The notes under the pieces are model-generated. The model saw only the letters and a list, made by a program, of their open reading frames with translations. It had not been told where the DNA came from and did not search any database. Positions 48,809 through 59,725 of a DNA stretch of 64,000 bases are shown piece after piece. The stretch spans positions 3,776,001 to 3,840,000 of the forward strand of contig OZ242383.1 in the NCBI GenBank assembly GCA_965209155.1, in the 5' to 3' direction. The first letter of the stretch is position 1. Each line of letters starts with the position of its first letter. The DNA is from a bacterium (GTDB lineage Bacteria; SAR324; NAC60-12). The translations under genes and the position numbers were made by a program.

Positions 48809-49621
48809 CTAAGGATGTGTCATCAATTTCGCGTATTTCAGGAATGAATATTTCAATTCTTTCCGCGCAATCACGAATAAGGGAAATTGCTCATGCAGAT
48901 AGTTTTTTCCTTTTTGCATTGGAAAAGGATCGTTTTGCAGAAAATACCAGTGAGCGCCTACAGAACGGATTATAGGAAATGCACCTGCGAAGTCCCAGAT
49001 TTTGGGGTTTGATTCAAGGGTACCCAAAGTCCCACCTCCAGCTACGGTAACCAGATCATAAGCGCAAGAACCCAATACTCTCACTTTACAGGGAAAATTT
49101 TTCCCAGCTACATGAATACTGCGGGAACAAAAAGTGAAGAATTGGTTCTTTTCAAATTCCTGCTCACTGGGTGGCAGGGCCTTGCCATTAAAAAAAGCGC
49201 CATCCGGACCGTCTTCGCTTTTTCCATTCAGAAAAAAACCATGATACCTTTGCTGAAGGGGAGGAAAATGAAGATAGCCGAACACCGGTTCCCCGAGATG
49301 CAGCAACCCCAAAGAAATTCCCCATATTGGAATACCGCGAACAAAATTATGAGTTCCGTCCAAGGGATCTACTATCCAACACCATTCGTTTTCCGGAAAG
49401 ATTGCCTCCTCCCCTTCTTCTGTTAAAATCCCGTGGGTGGGAAATGCTTTTTGGATGGCTTGTCGAATTTGAAGGTCAGCCCGTTTGTCCGCAATGGTAA
49501 CCAAACTCCCATCTTTCTTTTTTTTTCCTTTCACTTTGCCGAAATCGGACAACAAATCTTTTTCCACCCGGCAAGTCAGTTTCTGACAAAAATCGAGAAT
49601 CTCGTCCCATATGCGTCGCAT
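48809..49621 (-). CDS. Inositol monophosphatase family protein
   Basis: 'LVT.AD', 'LTEE', 'WIVDPLDGT.NF', 'WDFA'. Confidence 0.9.
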   Translation of the reverse strand: MRRIWDEILDFCQKLTCRVEKDLLSDFGKVKGKKKKDGSLVTIADKRADLQIRQAIQKAFPTHGILTEEGEEAIFPENEWCWIVDPLDGTHNFVRGIPIWGISLGLLHLGEPVFGYLHFPPLQQRYHGFFLNGKSEDGPDGAFFNGKALPPSEQEFEKNQFFTFCSRSIHVAGKNFPCKVRVLGSCAYDLVTVAGGGTLGTLESNPKIWDFAGAFPIIRSVGAHWYFLQNDPFPMQKGKNYLHEQFPLFVIARKELKYSFLKYAKLMTHP

Positions 49622-49706
49622 GGTATTCCGTTTGTTTATATCAGGAAGAATCGGTATCTTACAGCATTGCCCTGCAATGGACAAACAATAAGGTCAACTA
49701 TGGTAA

Positions 49707-50894
49707 ATGATGCGATTTTGCTTCTGTAAAAGCAATAATATCCACAGCCTGACAGTATGTTGCCTGTTTCTGATCGTTTTACTGGCACATTTCCCTACTG
49801 TCTCCGCATCGGCTGAATTCCAACTTTCGTATCAAGGGCAAATGAACCTGCGGTTAACACTTCCACTGGTAGAATCCCGGCCAGGAGAAAAAGGAGCGCG
49901 TTATTTGCCAGGGATCCGTTCTCACATGGCGCTTGAAGACGGTATGGAATTTGACGGTGAAGCCATAATTAATTTTTATCTGACTTCATCTGAGACTTCG
50001 GAAGATTTCTGGCAGGAATCAATCCATGCGCACCGGTTGTGGGGTAGGATTTTCAGCAATGATTCATCGATACGGCTTGGCCTGCAAAAGATCAATTGGG
50101 GCCCGGGAAAAACTTTACGAGCATTGCAATGGTTCGACCGCATCGACCCCCGGGACCACAGTGGGTTCACGGAAGGCGTAAATGCGTTGCTTGTTCGCAG
50201 TTATTTTGATAACAACGCGAATCTTTGGGGATGGATTCTCTATGGAAACCAGCAAGCAATGGGAATTTCTCCTCATGTTAGCGCGAAGAATCAGCCCGAA
50301 TTCGGTGGTCGCATCCAAATTCCGGTGGAAAATGGCGAAGCAGGTGTTTCTTTCCACCATCGCCGTATCAACGCCGGACACCTGGTGGAAAACTTGCGAA
50401 AAGAGGAAAAAATGGAAAATCGGATCGGGCTGGACGCGCAGTGGGACCTGGGTCCGGGACTCTGGTTTGAATTCACGTATGTCGAGATTGCAAAAGCTGA
50501 ACCTCTATCTCAACGAAAGCGTCTCAGCGCGTTGGGGATCGATTATACTTTAGATTTTGGAAACGGCTTATACACGGCTCTGGAAGCGATGCAAATCCAA
50601 TCCGGCTCCTCTTCAGCAACCACTGAATCCTCAACACAATGGACTGCGGCATTGACCCAAAATTATCCTCTCGATCTCTTGCATCATGTGGGATTGATTG
50701 CCTTGTGGGATATCGAGCAGAAAACCGGGAAATTGCACGCCAATTGGCGACGAGTACAAGACGATATAATCTGGAATGTCGCTTTTTATTACAACGAGAC
50801 TATAGTCGAGCTTCCTACTGGAGATTCGGGCGCTTCCAATTCAAGGATTGCCCGTGATCGAGGATTGCAACTGGTTGTCCAGTACAATCACTAG
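49707..50894 (+). CDS. Predicted outer-membrane beta-barrel protein
   Basis: Signal peptide, 'R.GLQKINWG', amphipathic strands, terminal 'QYNH'; precedes Lol-like ABC genes. Confidence 0.6.
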   Translation: MMRFCFCKSNNIHSLTVCCLFLIVLLAHFPTVSASAEFQLSYQGQMNLRLTLPLVESRPGEKGARYLPGIRSHMALEDGMEFDGEAIINFYLTSSETSEDFWQESIHAHRLWGRIFSNDSSIRLGLQKINWGPGKTLRALQWFDRIDPRDHSGFTEGVNALLVRSYFDNNANLWGWILYGNQQAMGISPHVSAKNQPEFGGRIQIPVENGEAGVSFHHRRINAGHLVENLRKEEKMENRIGLDAQWDLGPGLWFEFTYVEIAKAEPLSQRKRLSALGIDYTLDFGNGLYTALEAMQIQSGSSSATTESSTQWTAALTQNYPLDLLHHVGLIALWDIEQKTGKLHANWRRVQDDIIWNVAFYYNETIVELPTGDSGASNSRIARDRGLQLVVQYNH

Positions 50895-50974
50895 TTCATT
50901 TTTTTGTGGCCCTGAGTTGAAGGGGAGTTTTTTCAGAAAAAGAACATACCAGAAAAAGAGCAGGAGATTTTTTT

Positions 50975-51667
50975 ATGGAAAAGCAGTCGTTGATCACCCT
51001 GGAAAGTCTCGATAAAACCTTTCCAATGGCGGACAGCTTGTTTTACGCCCTTACCCAGGTCTCATTCCGTCTTCAAGAAGGAGAATTTGTCGGATTGGTC
51101 GGACCCAGTGGATCGGGCAAAACTACTTTGCTCAATATTATAGGGGCGTTGGATAAGGCGTCAAGGGGAATTGTCCGGGTATTGGGCCAGGAAATCAGCC
51201 AGCTCAGTGCGAAAGAAGCCGCAGCCCTGAGGCGTGAGTCTATGGGGTTCATCTTTCAAACCCACGGCTTGCTACCGGTTTACTCTGTCTATGAAAACGT
51301 GGAGTTGCCTTTACTTCTTATAGATATGCCTGCCTCAAAACGTAAAAAGGCTGTTTTGGAAACCCTGGAACGGGTGGGACTGACAGATAAATTGTACAAC
51401 AAACCCAACCAACTTTCTGGTGGACAGTGTCAACGCGTAGCGATAGCCAGGGTGATGGTCAAGCGTCCAAAAATTGTCCTTGCCGATGAACCAACGGCTA
51501 ATCTAGATGCTGAAAATTCCCATGCTGTTTTACAAACCATGAAGCAACTCAATCAGGAACTAAAAACCACCTTTCTGTTTTCCACTCACGATGAGAAAGT
51601 GATTGCCTATCTTCAACGAAAAATTACTTTGATGGATGGGAAAGTGGTGAAGGATGAACGGCTATGA
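50975..51667 (+). CDS. ABC ATP-binding protein (LolD/MacB-like)
   Basis: 'GPSGSGKT', 'LSGGQ', 'LADEPT.NLD', 'STHD'. Confidence 0.92.
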   Translation: MEKQSLITLESLDKTFPMADSLFYALTQVSFRLQEGEFVGLVGPSGSGKTTLLNIIGALDKASRGIVRVLGQEISQLSAKEAAALRRESMGFIFQTHGLLPVYSVYENVELPLLLIDMPASKRKKAVLETLERVGLTDKLYNKPNQLSGGQCQRVAIARVMVKRPKIVLADEPTANLDAENSHAVLQTMKQLNQELKTTFLFSTHDEKVIAYLQRKITLMDGKVVKDERL

Positions 51668-52842
51668 TCCTATTCCGATTGTCTTTTCGTAATATCATTT
51701 CTGCCGGATTGAGAACCTGGCTCAATACCTTCGTCCTTGCCTTGACCTTTATTATCATTGTACTTCTCCAAGGGATCAATGACGGATTATACCAACAAAT
51801 GGCGCAATCCCGCATTGACGACGAACTAGGTTCTGGTCAACTCTGGCACAGGAACTATGATCCTTTCGACCCTCTCACTCTGGACACAAGCCATGCCAGA
51901 ATTCCTTCATTTCTGCATGAGAACATTCGTAATAAACTCATAGCTCCGATCTTGATCATTCCTGCGGTGATATACCCCCAGGGACGCATCCAATCCATTG
52001 TATTAAAAGGTATCGCACCGGAACAAGAGATATTAAAACTGCCGACTCACGAAATGAAGCAATCGGATTCCGGCGATGCCATTCCCGTCATGATTGGCAG
52101 GCGGATGGCAGAACACGCTCGCCTGGAGTTGGGAGAACAGGTAACGGTGCGTTGGCGCAATAGCGAAGGAGCGTTTGATGCGTTGGAACTAACCTTGGTC
52201 AATATCTTCCACACGGATGTCCCTGCTGTGGATCAAGGACAGATATGGTTGCCTCTCAACCGCCTACAAGTGATGTACCAAACTGCGGACCATGCCACGC
52301 TGTTAGTGATGGGAAACGTGGAAGTTCCACAAAACAACACTTCGCCTTGGCGTTTTCATTCCCTGGAGGATCTACTGATCGATACCCGGCAGTTGCTTCA
52401 GGCGAAATCAGCCGGCTCCAGTTTCTTTTATGCGCTACTTCTTTTTTTAGCATTGATCGCCATCTTTGACACCCAGGCCTTGTCCCTTTTCAGGAGGCAA
52501 AAAGAAGTTGGTACGCTGATGGCCATGGGTATGACACAACGGCAAGTTGTCGGAATCTTCATGTTGGAGGGGGTTTGGCAGGGCGTGCTGGCTGCATTGT
52601 CAGCCCTCCTCATTGGTTTTCCAATTGGATGGTATCTTGCCGTGGAAGGTTATTCGTTTCCGGTTCCTACGGATCAATTCGGCCTTGCCATCAGCAGTCA
52701 CCTTTATGCGTATTTCAGTCTGAAGTTGGTTCTGGGGACGTTCCTGATTGTGATGATGATGCTCACTTTCGTCAGCTATTGGCCAGCCCGCAAAATCGCC
52801 GGTCTCTTGCCTGCCGATGCCTTGAGAGGAAAGTGGATATGA
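51664..52842 (+). CDS. FtsX/LolE-like ABC permease
   Basis: N-terminal TM, periplasmic domain, 'RR.KE.GT..A.GM'. Confidence 0.85.
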   Translation: MILFRLSFRNIISAGLRTWLNTFVLALTFIIIVLLQGINDGLYQQMAQSRIDDELGSGQLWHRNYDPFDPLTLDTSHARIPSFLHENIRNKLIAPILIIPAVIYPQGRIQSIVLKGIAPEQEILKLPTHEMKQSDSGDAIPVMIGRRMAEHARLELGEQVTVRWRNSEGAFDALELTLVNIFHTDVPAVDQGQIWLPLNRLQVMYQTADHATLLVMGNVEVPQNNTSPWRFHSLEDLLIDTRQLLQAKSAGSSFFYALLLFLALIAIFDTQALSLFRRQKEVGTLMAMGMTQRQVVGIFMLEGVWQGVLAALSALLIGFPIGWYLAVEGYSFPVPTDQFGLAISSHLYAYFSLKLVLGTFLIVMMMLTFVSYWPARKIAGLLPADALRGKWI

Positions 52843-54116
52843 TCCTTTTTTTAATCAAGGGGTTGTTGCGTGATCGTTACCGTAGCATGTTTTCCTTGGC
52901 GATCGTAATTGCAGGCGTTTCCCTGACCGTTTTTATGCGCAACTGGATTGAAGGATCATACCAGGATATGATTGAAACATCAGCTCGACTGAAATCCGGT
53001 CATCTCAAAGTCATCACACGAATCTACGCACGGGAAGCGTTGCAAAATCCCATTGATTCAGCTCTTTTTGAGGCAGAGCGCTGGCAGCGTGAATTGCGTC
53101 AAAATTATCCGTCGGTGCAATGGCAACTTCGTATTCGCTTTGGTGGTTTGTTGGATTTCCCGGACGAATTCGGGGAAACCCTTATCCAGGCACAGGTTAC
53201 TGGGATAGCGATCGATCTTTTTTCCGAAGATAGTGGGGAATTTGAATTGTTTCGTTTGAAGGAGTCCCTTGTCCGAGGACGGCTTCCCGAAAGCCCTGGC
53301 GAAATTCTGGTCAGCGATTCTTTTTTTGAAAAACTCCAGCTGGAGCTCGGACAAACAGGTACGTTGTTCAGCTCCGGAATGGATGGAAGGTTGGCGGTTT
53401 ACAATTTCAAGGTTGTGGGGACCCTTTCCTTTGGAATCAAAGCTCTCGACCGGAGCGCAATGTTGGCGCAAGTCAGCGATGCGCAGGAGGCATTGGGCAT
53501 GGGAGATGCTACTACGGAGATTTTCGGTTATTTCTACCATAAGCATTTCCTCGCTGAACAAGCAGAGCGAATCCGGGATGATTTCAATTCACGATATGGC
53601 GTTGCGAATGATCCCTTTTCCCCTTTCATGATCACATTGAAGGAACAGGAGGGGATGGGGGAAACTTTGGAAGTGATCAATGCTTTTACGTTTATTATTG
53701 TGGGGTTGTTTGTGTTCGTCATGGCGGTAGTGCTTTGGAATACCGGGTTGATGAGCGGTATTCGACGCTACGGGGAAATAGGAGTGCGGCTGGCGATGGG
53801 GGAAACTCGGGAGCATATTTATTTCACGCTTTTGAGCGAATCCTTGATTGTTGGAATCAGCGGTTCGCTCATTGGTACGTTGTTGGGACTGGTCCCCAGC
53901 TATTATTTTCAAGAAGTCGGCGTCGATTTTAGCGGGATTTTCAGTAATACTGCAGGAGTGTTGATTCCGAATGTGAGGTACTCCCTGGTCACGGTGGATA
54001 GTTACTGGATCGGCTTCATTCCGGGTGTGATGGCAACATTGTTTGGATCTATGATTTCCGGACTGGCAATTTACAAACGTCAGACTGCCGAACTATTCAA
54101 GGAGCTTGAACGATGA
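52839..54116 (+). CDS. FtsX/LolE-like ABC permease
   Basis: 'RRYGEIGVR.A.G'; ATGA coupling at both ends. Confidence 0.85.
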   Translation: MILFLIKGLLRDRYRSMFSLAIVIAGVSLTVFMRNWIEGSYQDMIETSARLKSGHLKVITRIYAREALQNPIDSALFEAERWQRELRQNYPSVQWQLRIRFGGLLDFPDEFGETLIQAQVTGIAIDLFSEDSGEFELFRLKESLVRGRLPESPGEILVSDSFFEKLQLELGQTGTLFSSGMDGRLAVYNFKVVGTLSFGIKALDRSAMLAQVSDAQEALGMGDATTEIFGYFYHKHFLAEQAERIRDDFNSRYGVANDPFSPFMITLKEQEGMGETLEVINAFTFIIVGLFVFVMAVVLWNTGLMSGIRRYGEIGVRLAMGETREHIYFTLLSESLIVGISGSLIGTLLGLVPSYYFQEVGVDFSGIFSNTAGVLIPNVRYSLVTVDSYWIGFIPGVMATLFGSMISGLAIYKRQTAELFKELER

Positions 54117-54850
54117 AAAAAGGTTTATTCTTTCTGTTGAGTTGGCTTGTTCCTCACTTCTTGTGGGCAAGTCCCACTGCGCTTGAAATATTAAGTCGAG
54201 TGGATCAAAATCTGACAACTGAGAATTTGGTCACGATTACTTCATTTATTATTCATGGCGTGCGGGGTTCACGTACCATCAAAGTGCAAAGTTGGACTCA
54301 AGGCAGGGAACGCTCGTTTAGCGAGTACCTGGCGCCTCCTCGCGAAAAAGGAACCAAGATGCTTAAAATCGAGAATAATTTATGGACGTACTATCCCCGC
54401 GCTGACCGGGTGATCAAGATTGCCGGGCACATGCTCCGCCAGTCCGTAATGGGGTCGGATCTCTCCTACGAAGACATGATGGAAAACAACCAACTCGTGG
54501 AAGACTATGTGGGAGTGCTGGAGGGTGATGACCTGTTTATGGACCGCTCTTGTTGGATTCTACGCTTGAAGGCGAAACGGAATAACGTCGCCTACCCATC
54601 CCGCAAGCTTTTGGTGGATCAAGAGCGTTTTCTCCCTTTAAAAGAGGAACTGTACGCAAAAAGTGGAAAATTGCTGAAAATAGTAGAAATTCGTGAAGTA
54701 TTTCATGCGCAGGAGCGCTGGTATCCTCGCATAATCTGGTATAAAGACGTGTTAAAAAAAGGGGACGGTACAGAAATTCACATCCATGATGTTGAATTTG
54801 ACGCAAAAATTCAACCATCCCGTTTTTCCAAAGCTGCCCTGCGGAGATAA
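54113..54850 (+). CDS. LolA-like outer-membrane lipoprotein-sorting protein
   Basis: 'P..EKGTKML', 'MGSD.SYED'. Confidence 0.82.
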   Translation: MKKGLFFLLSWLVPHFLWASPTALEILSRVDQNLTTENLVTITSFIIHGVRGSRTIKVQSWTQGRERSFSEYLAPPREKGTKMLKIENNLWTYYPRADRVIKIAGHMLRQSVMGSDLSYEDMMENNQLVEDYVGVLEGDDLFMDRSCWILRLKAKRNNVAYPSRKLLVDQERFLPLKEELYAKSGKLLKIVEIREVFHAQERWYPRIIWYKDVLKKGDGTEIHIHDVEFDAKIQPSRFSKAALRR

Positions 54851-54879
54851 ATACGGAAATTCCCTGAAAAAGGAACAAC

Positions 54880-55401
54880 ATGAGCCAGACATATTTCAGT
54901 TACGTACAAACGCCCATTGGTGAACTATTGGTTGCCGGGACGGAATCGGTACTCAAATTGATCAGTTTCCCCGGTGATACGCAAAGACGATTTCCACAGG
55001 CCTGTTGGGTTGAAGAGAGTCGGCCCCTCACTCCGGTGATCGAGCAACTCAAGGCATATTTCGATGGAAAATTGCGTTCTTTTGACCTGGCGCTTTCTTT
55101 GGAAGGTACGAGTTTCCAAAAAGAGGTATGGCAGGCACTGCAGGAAATCCCCTACGGCCAAACCGCTTCATATGGTGAAATTGCCTTAAAAATTGGAAGA
55201 CCTGAAGCGGTCCGGGCCGTTGGAGTTGCCAATGGAAAAAATCCTCTCCCCATCGTCATCCCTTGTCACCGGGTGATTGGTAAGTCTGGAGATTTGATTG
55301 GATTCGGGGGAGGATTGGAACTCAAGGAAAAGCTGCTTTCCCTGGAGCGGCAAGTGGTTTCCCCGCAAATGAATTTTTCATTTCCCGTTTCGAGTGAATG
55401 A
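54880..55401 (+). CDS. ogt: Methylated-DNA-protein-cysteine methyltransferase
   Basis: 'GT.FQ..VW', 'RAVG.ANG.NP', 'PCHRV'. Confidence 0.95.
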   Translation: MSQTYFSYVQTPIGELLVAGTESVLKLISFPGDTQRRFPQACWVEESRPLTPVIEQLKAYFDGKLRSFDLALSLEGTSFQKEVWQALQEIPYGQTASYGEIALKIGRPEAVRAVGVANGKNPLPIVIPCHRVIGKSGDLIGFGGGLELKEKLLSLERQVVSPQMNFSFPVSSE

Positions 55402-55545
55402 GTTCTTGCGTCTCCAGGAGAATCCGTCTATCTTTCTTATGTTTCAAAAATCCGAGTGACCTGCGAATTGGGCAATCAATACCTTCTATGCAGATGGTTG
55501 ACTAAGTGGGTCGTGTGAATCGAGATCGAGCAAAGGAAATCAATC

Positions 55546-56502
55546 ATGGAAGTTCCACTGGAAAAGACAGTCAAATTTGGACTGATGACCCGGCTACCCA
55601 ACCCGGACGAGTGCCGGGCAACGGTTGAATTGTTGGAGTCATTGGAATTTGATTCACTATGGGTAGGCGACCATATTGCCTTCACGGTGCCTATATTGGA
55701 TCCATTGTTACAACTCTCCCATGCCGCTGCTTATTCCCGACGTCTGGTATTCGGCACATCCGTCTATCTGTTGCCATTGCGGCATCCAACGACGGTTGCC
55801 AAGCAGATGGCCACGCTGGATCATTTGACCGAAGGAAGATTCATTGCGGGTGTGGGAGTGGGAGGGGAATTCCCAAACGAATTCGCAGCTTGCGGAGTTC
55901 CGGTTGAAGAGCGAGGTGCCCGGCTTTCCGAAGGTATTTCGGTGTTACGCAAACTTTGGAGCGGGGACACAGTCGAAAACAAGGGAAAGTTTTACCATTT
56001 TCCTCAAGTACGAATGCAACCGGTTCCAAGACAGCTAGGAGGACCACCCATTTGGTGCGGGGGACGCTCTCAAGCCGCTTTGAAGCGGGCAGGGCGCATC
56101 GCAAATGGATATATCTCCTACGTAGTGACACCGGAGATGTACAAATCTGCACTGGAAACGATTGGGGATTCCGCAAACGCTGCAAATCGTCAATTGAAGA
56201 GTTTCGGAACGGGGCATTTGATATTTATAAGACTGGACAACACTTATGAGCGCGCGTGGGATGTGGCGACCGAATATCTCAGTATCCGATACGCCATGGA
56301 TTTCCGCAAAGCCGCACAAAAATATGCGTTGTTGGGACGTCCGGAAGACGTGGCAGAGCAACTCGCCGAGTTTCATGCCGCAGGAATACGTCATTTCATT
56401 CTCGACATGGTGGGACCTCCCGAGCAACGAGACGAGCAACTCCAACTCTTTAACAGGGAAGTCCGACCATTGATTTCTGATTTTTTCAACAAAAATAACT
56501 GA
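55546..56502 (+). CDS. LLM-class flavin/F420-dependent oxidoreductase
   Basis: 'FDSLWVGDH', 'LRHP...AK..ATLD....GR...GVG.G', 'PPIW.GG'. Confidence 0.88.
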   Translation: MEVPLEKTVKFGLMTRLPNPDECRATVELLESLEFDSLWVGDHIAFTVPILDPLLQLSHAAAYSRRLVFGTSVYLLPLRHPTTVAKQMATLDHLTEGRFIAGVGVGGEFPNEFAACGVPVEERGARLSEGISVLRKLWSGDTVENKGKFYHFPQVRMQPVPRQLGGPPIWCGGRSQAALKRAGRIANGYISYVVTPEMYKSALETIGDSANAANRQLKSFGTGHLIFIRLDNTYERAWDVATEYLSIRYAMDFRKAAQKYALLGRPEDVAEQLAEFHAAGIRHFILDMVGPPEQRDEQLQLFNREVRPLISDFFNKNN

Positions 56503-56513
56503 GGAGCATTTTC

Positions 56514-57194
56514 ATGAACAATAAACGTCCTTGCCTGGCAATTCTCGGAGCAACCGGAGCATTGGGTAAGGGGTTGGCCTTGCGCTGGGCGAAAGCGGGC
56601 TACCCGATCATCATCGGCTCACGTGCTGCGGAAAAAGCGCAAAAGTCGGCAGAGGATTTGAAGCAACTATCCGGATTGGATTCAGTCCGGGGTATGGACA
56701 ATCGAAACGCTGCATCCGTGGGGGATATAGTCGTGCTTACAGTTCCATTTTCTAATCAGCGAGGTATCTTGGAATCCGTGCAGAGTGAATTGCAGGGGAA
56801 AATACTGGTGGACGCCACGGTTCCATTGATACCCCCCAGAGTGAGAACAGTGCAACTGCCCGCAGAAGGGTCGGCAGCCAAGGCCTCCCAAGAATTTTTG
56901 GGAGAAGGAGTGCGGGTCGTATCCGCATTTCAAAATATTGCGGCTGAGCATATGCAAGATGATCACGCCATCGATTGCGACATTCTGGTCTGCGGCAACG
57001 ACTCGGATGCCAGGGAAACCGTCATACAATTGATTTCAGCGCTGGGACTGCGAGGTTGGCATGCAGGACGGATTGATAATTCCACCGCAGCCGAAGCATT
57101 GACTTCACTTTTGATCTTCATCAATAATCGCTATAACATCAAAGGCGCGGGTTTTCGAATTACCGGAGAGCCAGAGTCGGCCATGGAAAATTAA
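56514..57194 (+). CDS. npdG: NADPH-dependent F420 reductase
   Basis: 'G.TG.LG.GLA.RWA', 'GSR', 'D.TVPL', 'GSAA', 'VSAFQN'. Confidence 0.9.
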   Translation: MNNKRPCLAILGATGALGKGLALRWAKAGYPIIIGSRAAEKAQKSAEDLKQLSGLDSVRGMDNRNAASVGDIVVLTVPFSNQRGILESVQSELQGKILVDATVPLIPPRVRTVQLPAEGSAAKASQEFLGEGVRVVSAFQNIAAEHMQDDHAIDCDILVCGNDSDARETVIQLISALGLRGWHAGRIDNSTAAEALTSLLIFINNRYNIKGAGFRITGEPESAMEN

Positions 57195-57214
57195 TAATCG
57201 GAAAGATTGATTCA

Positions 57215-57853
57215 ATGTGGGCAGTGGTACCGGTCAAGGATATTGGAAAAGCAAAGCAACGCCTGGGGAGTGTTTTGGGAGTGGAAGAGAGGCGGAATCT
57301 GTTCCTCGTAATGGTGGAGGACGTACTGGCCGCTCTGGCAAAAGTGTCCCTTTTGGATGGGGTAATGATTGTTACTGGAGATCCGGAGGTCCAACGCCTG
57401 GCTACGCAATTTAAGGCGCGACTGCTTGAAGAATCCAAAAACCAGGGACATACCAGTGCGGTTGCCTATGCAGCTCGAGTTTTGAAGCAAGAAGGGGTTG
57501 ATGGTATGTTGCAAATCCCGGGAGACATACCATTAGTGCAAGCTGGCGAAGTAGAAGAAGTGCTCAGAGCCCATTCGCCGGCACCGTCCATCACCATTGT
57601 TCCATCTCATGATAAAATGGGATCTAATTGCGTTTTGTGCTCTCCGCCAGACGTCATCCCGCTCCGATTTGGAGAAAACAGTTTCTACCACCATCTTCAA
57701 TCCGCACGAAAACACGGACTATGCCCGCAAGTGATGACTTCACCAGGAATTGGTCTGGATATCGACACTCCGGAAGATTTAAGACTTTTGATTCAAAAAA
57801 TCATTCCCAACCGAACCGGAAATTTTCTCCAGAAAAGCAGGATCGCATTATAG
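57215..57853 (+). CDS. cofC: 2-phospho-L-lactate/PEP guanylyltransferase (F420 synthesis)
   Basis: 'VVPVK....AKQRL', 'GDIP', 'FG..SF..H', 'DIDTPEDL'. Confidence 0.9.
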   Translation: MWAVVPVKDIGKAKQRLGSVLGVEERRNLFLVMVEDVLAALAKVSLLDGVMIVTGDPEVQRLATQFKARLLEESKNQGHTSAVAYAARVLKQEGVDGMLQIPGDIPLVQAGEVEEVLRAHSPAPSITIVPSHDKMGSNCVLCSPPDVIPLRFGENSFYHHLQSARKHGLCPQVMTSPGIGLDIDTPEDLRLLIQKIIPNRTGNFLQKSRIAL

Positions 57854-57925
57854 CCGGGTAGTGCGCTAATCGAAATTTTGATGGAAAGCGCCTTCAGTCA
57901 GAAACAATTGGACCTGCGGTCGTAG

Positions 57926-58840
57926 TCATGCGATGACCGCTTTTTTCTGCGCGTATTGCATGTAGCGTTCTTCAGGGGTTTGAATTGTCATCTTGCTGGT
58001 ATCCGTAATTGATTCCCAGTTTTCTGCAAATTGTTCCACACTGACAGGATCTTTCCCCAGAAAAATTCCGGGATTATACGCCACTTGGATGCGTCCGTAA
58101 AATCCATTACTGGCGTGGATGATATATGAGCTTGCCTCACATTGTTCTGAAACCAAATAAACAACCGCCGGCGTGACGTGCTCTGAATTTTCATCAATGA
58201 TGGGTCGATCAGGCGGGCGTTGCAGGTCTTCAGTCATCCGAGTCAAAGCTGCCGGAGATATAGTGTTGACCTTGATTCCGTACTTTTGTCCTTCGATGGC
58301 CAGTACATGCATCAGTCCCACCTGTCCGGTTTTGGCTGCACCGTAATTGCCTTGTCCGAAATTTCCGAACAACCCGGAAACCGAAGTAGTGAAAACTATT
58401 CTACCATAGTTGTTTTCTCGCATAACGAGCCAGGCGGGTTTGGCTACATTGTAGGCTCCGTTGAGGTGTACGTCAATGACGGCATGCCATTCCGCCGGGG
58501 TCATATTGGCAAAACTTCGATCTCGTAAAATCCCAGCGTTGTGGATTAAAATATCCAATTTCCCATATTTTTCAACAGCGCTGTTGATTATGGCCTGTCC
58601 TCCCTCATACGTGCCAACACTGTCATAATTAGCAATGGCTTCTCCTTGAAAAGCATGGATCTCCGCAACCGTCTTATCGGCCAAAGATCGAGATCCTCCT
58701 TGACCATGGCGATCACCTCCTAAATCATTGACGACCACTGCGCAACCTCTGCGAGCCAGTTCCAATGCATAGGTCTTTCCCAATCCTCCTCCCGCTCCGG
58801 TGACGACGGCAATCCTGCCTACAAAATTAATCTCGGACAT
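57926..58840 (-). CDS. SDR-family oxidoreductase (MFE-2-like hydroxyacyl-CoA dehydrogenase)
   Basis: 'VTGAGGGLG', 'NAGILRD', 'GNFGQ.NY.AAK'. Confidence 0.9.
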   Translation of the reverse strand: MSEINFVGRIAVVTGAGGGLGKTYALELARRGCAVVVNDLGGDRHGQGGSRSLADKTVAEIHAFQGEAIANYDSVGTYEGGQAIINSAVEKYGKLDILIHNAGILRDRSFANMTPAEWHAVIDVHLNGAYNVAKPAWLVMRENNYGRIVFTTSVSGLFGNFGQGNYGAAKTGQVGLMHVLAIEGQKYGIKVNTISPAALTRMTEDLQRPPDRPIIDENSEHVTPAVVYLVSEQCEASSYIIHASNGFYGRIQVAYNPGIFLGKDPVSVEQFAENWESITDTSKMTIQTPEERYMQYAQKKAVIA

Positions 58841-59404
58841 TATATCTTCCTGAAAAATCTCGATTGATATGTATATATGAAAATTTATTTAATATCCTGA
58901 TTTATCTGTCATTCCTGTTATTGAAGATTTATGTCGAACTCAGCTTAATACTTTCTTGCAGGACCGACCTCTACATAATATCATTCATTTCAAATTTAAA
59001 ACAATTTGAGAAAATATGGAAATTGTTTCTTGAGATTTTTTTACTCGATTTGTAGAAAATAATAATCGGCATATTATGTTTCTTTATCACTATCACCCAT
59101 ATCCAATTCCAAATCTCATAAATCACTGCCATCATCCAAACCACTTAAACACTCTAAACTCATCATCCACCCTAAATTCGTCCCGAATACAAAAAAATTT
59201 CAGAAACCTTTTATATTGACCGTGGACGGAATTTTATTTTTAATAAGGTCGAGATATGAAAACCGGCTGAAAAATCGAACAAGAGCCGTTTGCAGAGGAG
59301 TTTTTTTGAAAAGGTACTGAAAAATCTCAAAAATTTAATGCACTATCATGCGAATCAGGAGTTGAAATTTAATTGATCAAATCAAAAATTTAATAATTGT
59401 GATG

Positions 59405-59475
59405 TGTCATCCTTGTCCCGGATCATCCTGGTCCCGGATCAAGCCAGGAATAACACCTTTTTTAACTCCAGATTC
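59405..59475. repeat. Degenerate REP-like repeat related to 35104-35152
   Basis: Shared TCAAGCCAGGAAT.ACAC.TTTTTTAACTCC.GATTC. Confidence 0.6.
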
Positions 59476-59725
59476 ACGTGCACTACGATAGAAGAAAATG
59501 AAAATTGGTTATATGTTTGTTAATTTACATTATCGCACATATAAATTTATCAGTAACAATTTTCATTGGAAGAAAATGGAGATTCGTTTTTCAAAGCTGA
59601 AAAATCCTGTGAGAACTGCTTGATGATTCTGAACTGAGTGTTAATATTCAGACACGAGTTGATTTCACGGACTCTGCCGATCATATCGTATACATTTACA
59701 TATCAAGATTGAATTTCCTCATTTT

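Noticed and set aside
59090..59200. Strongly C/A-skewed intergenic stretch upstream of dnaE
   Set aside because: No repeat unit, ORF or structure could be supported
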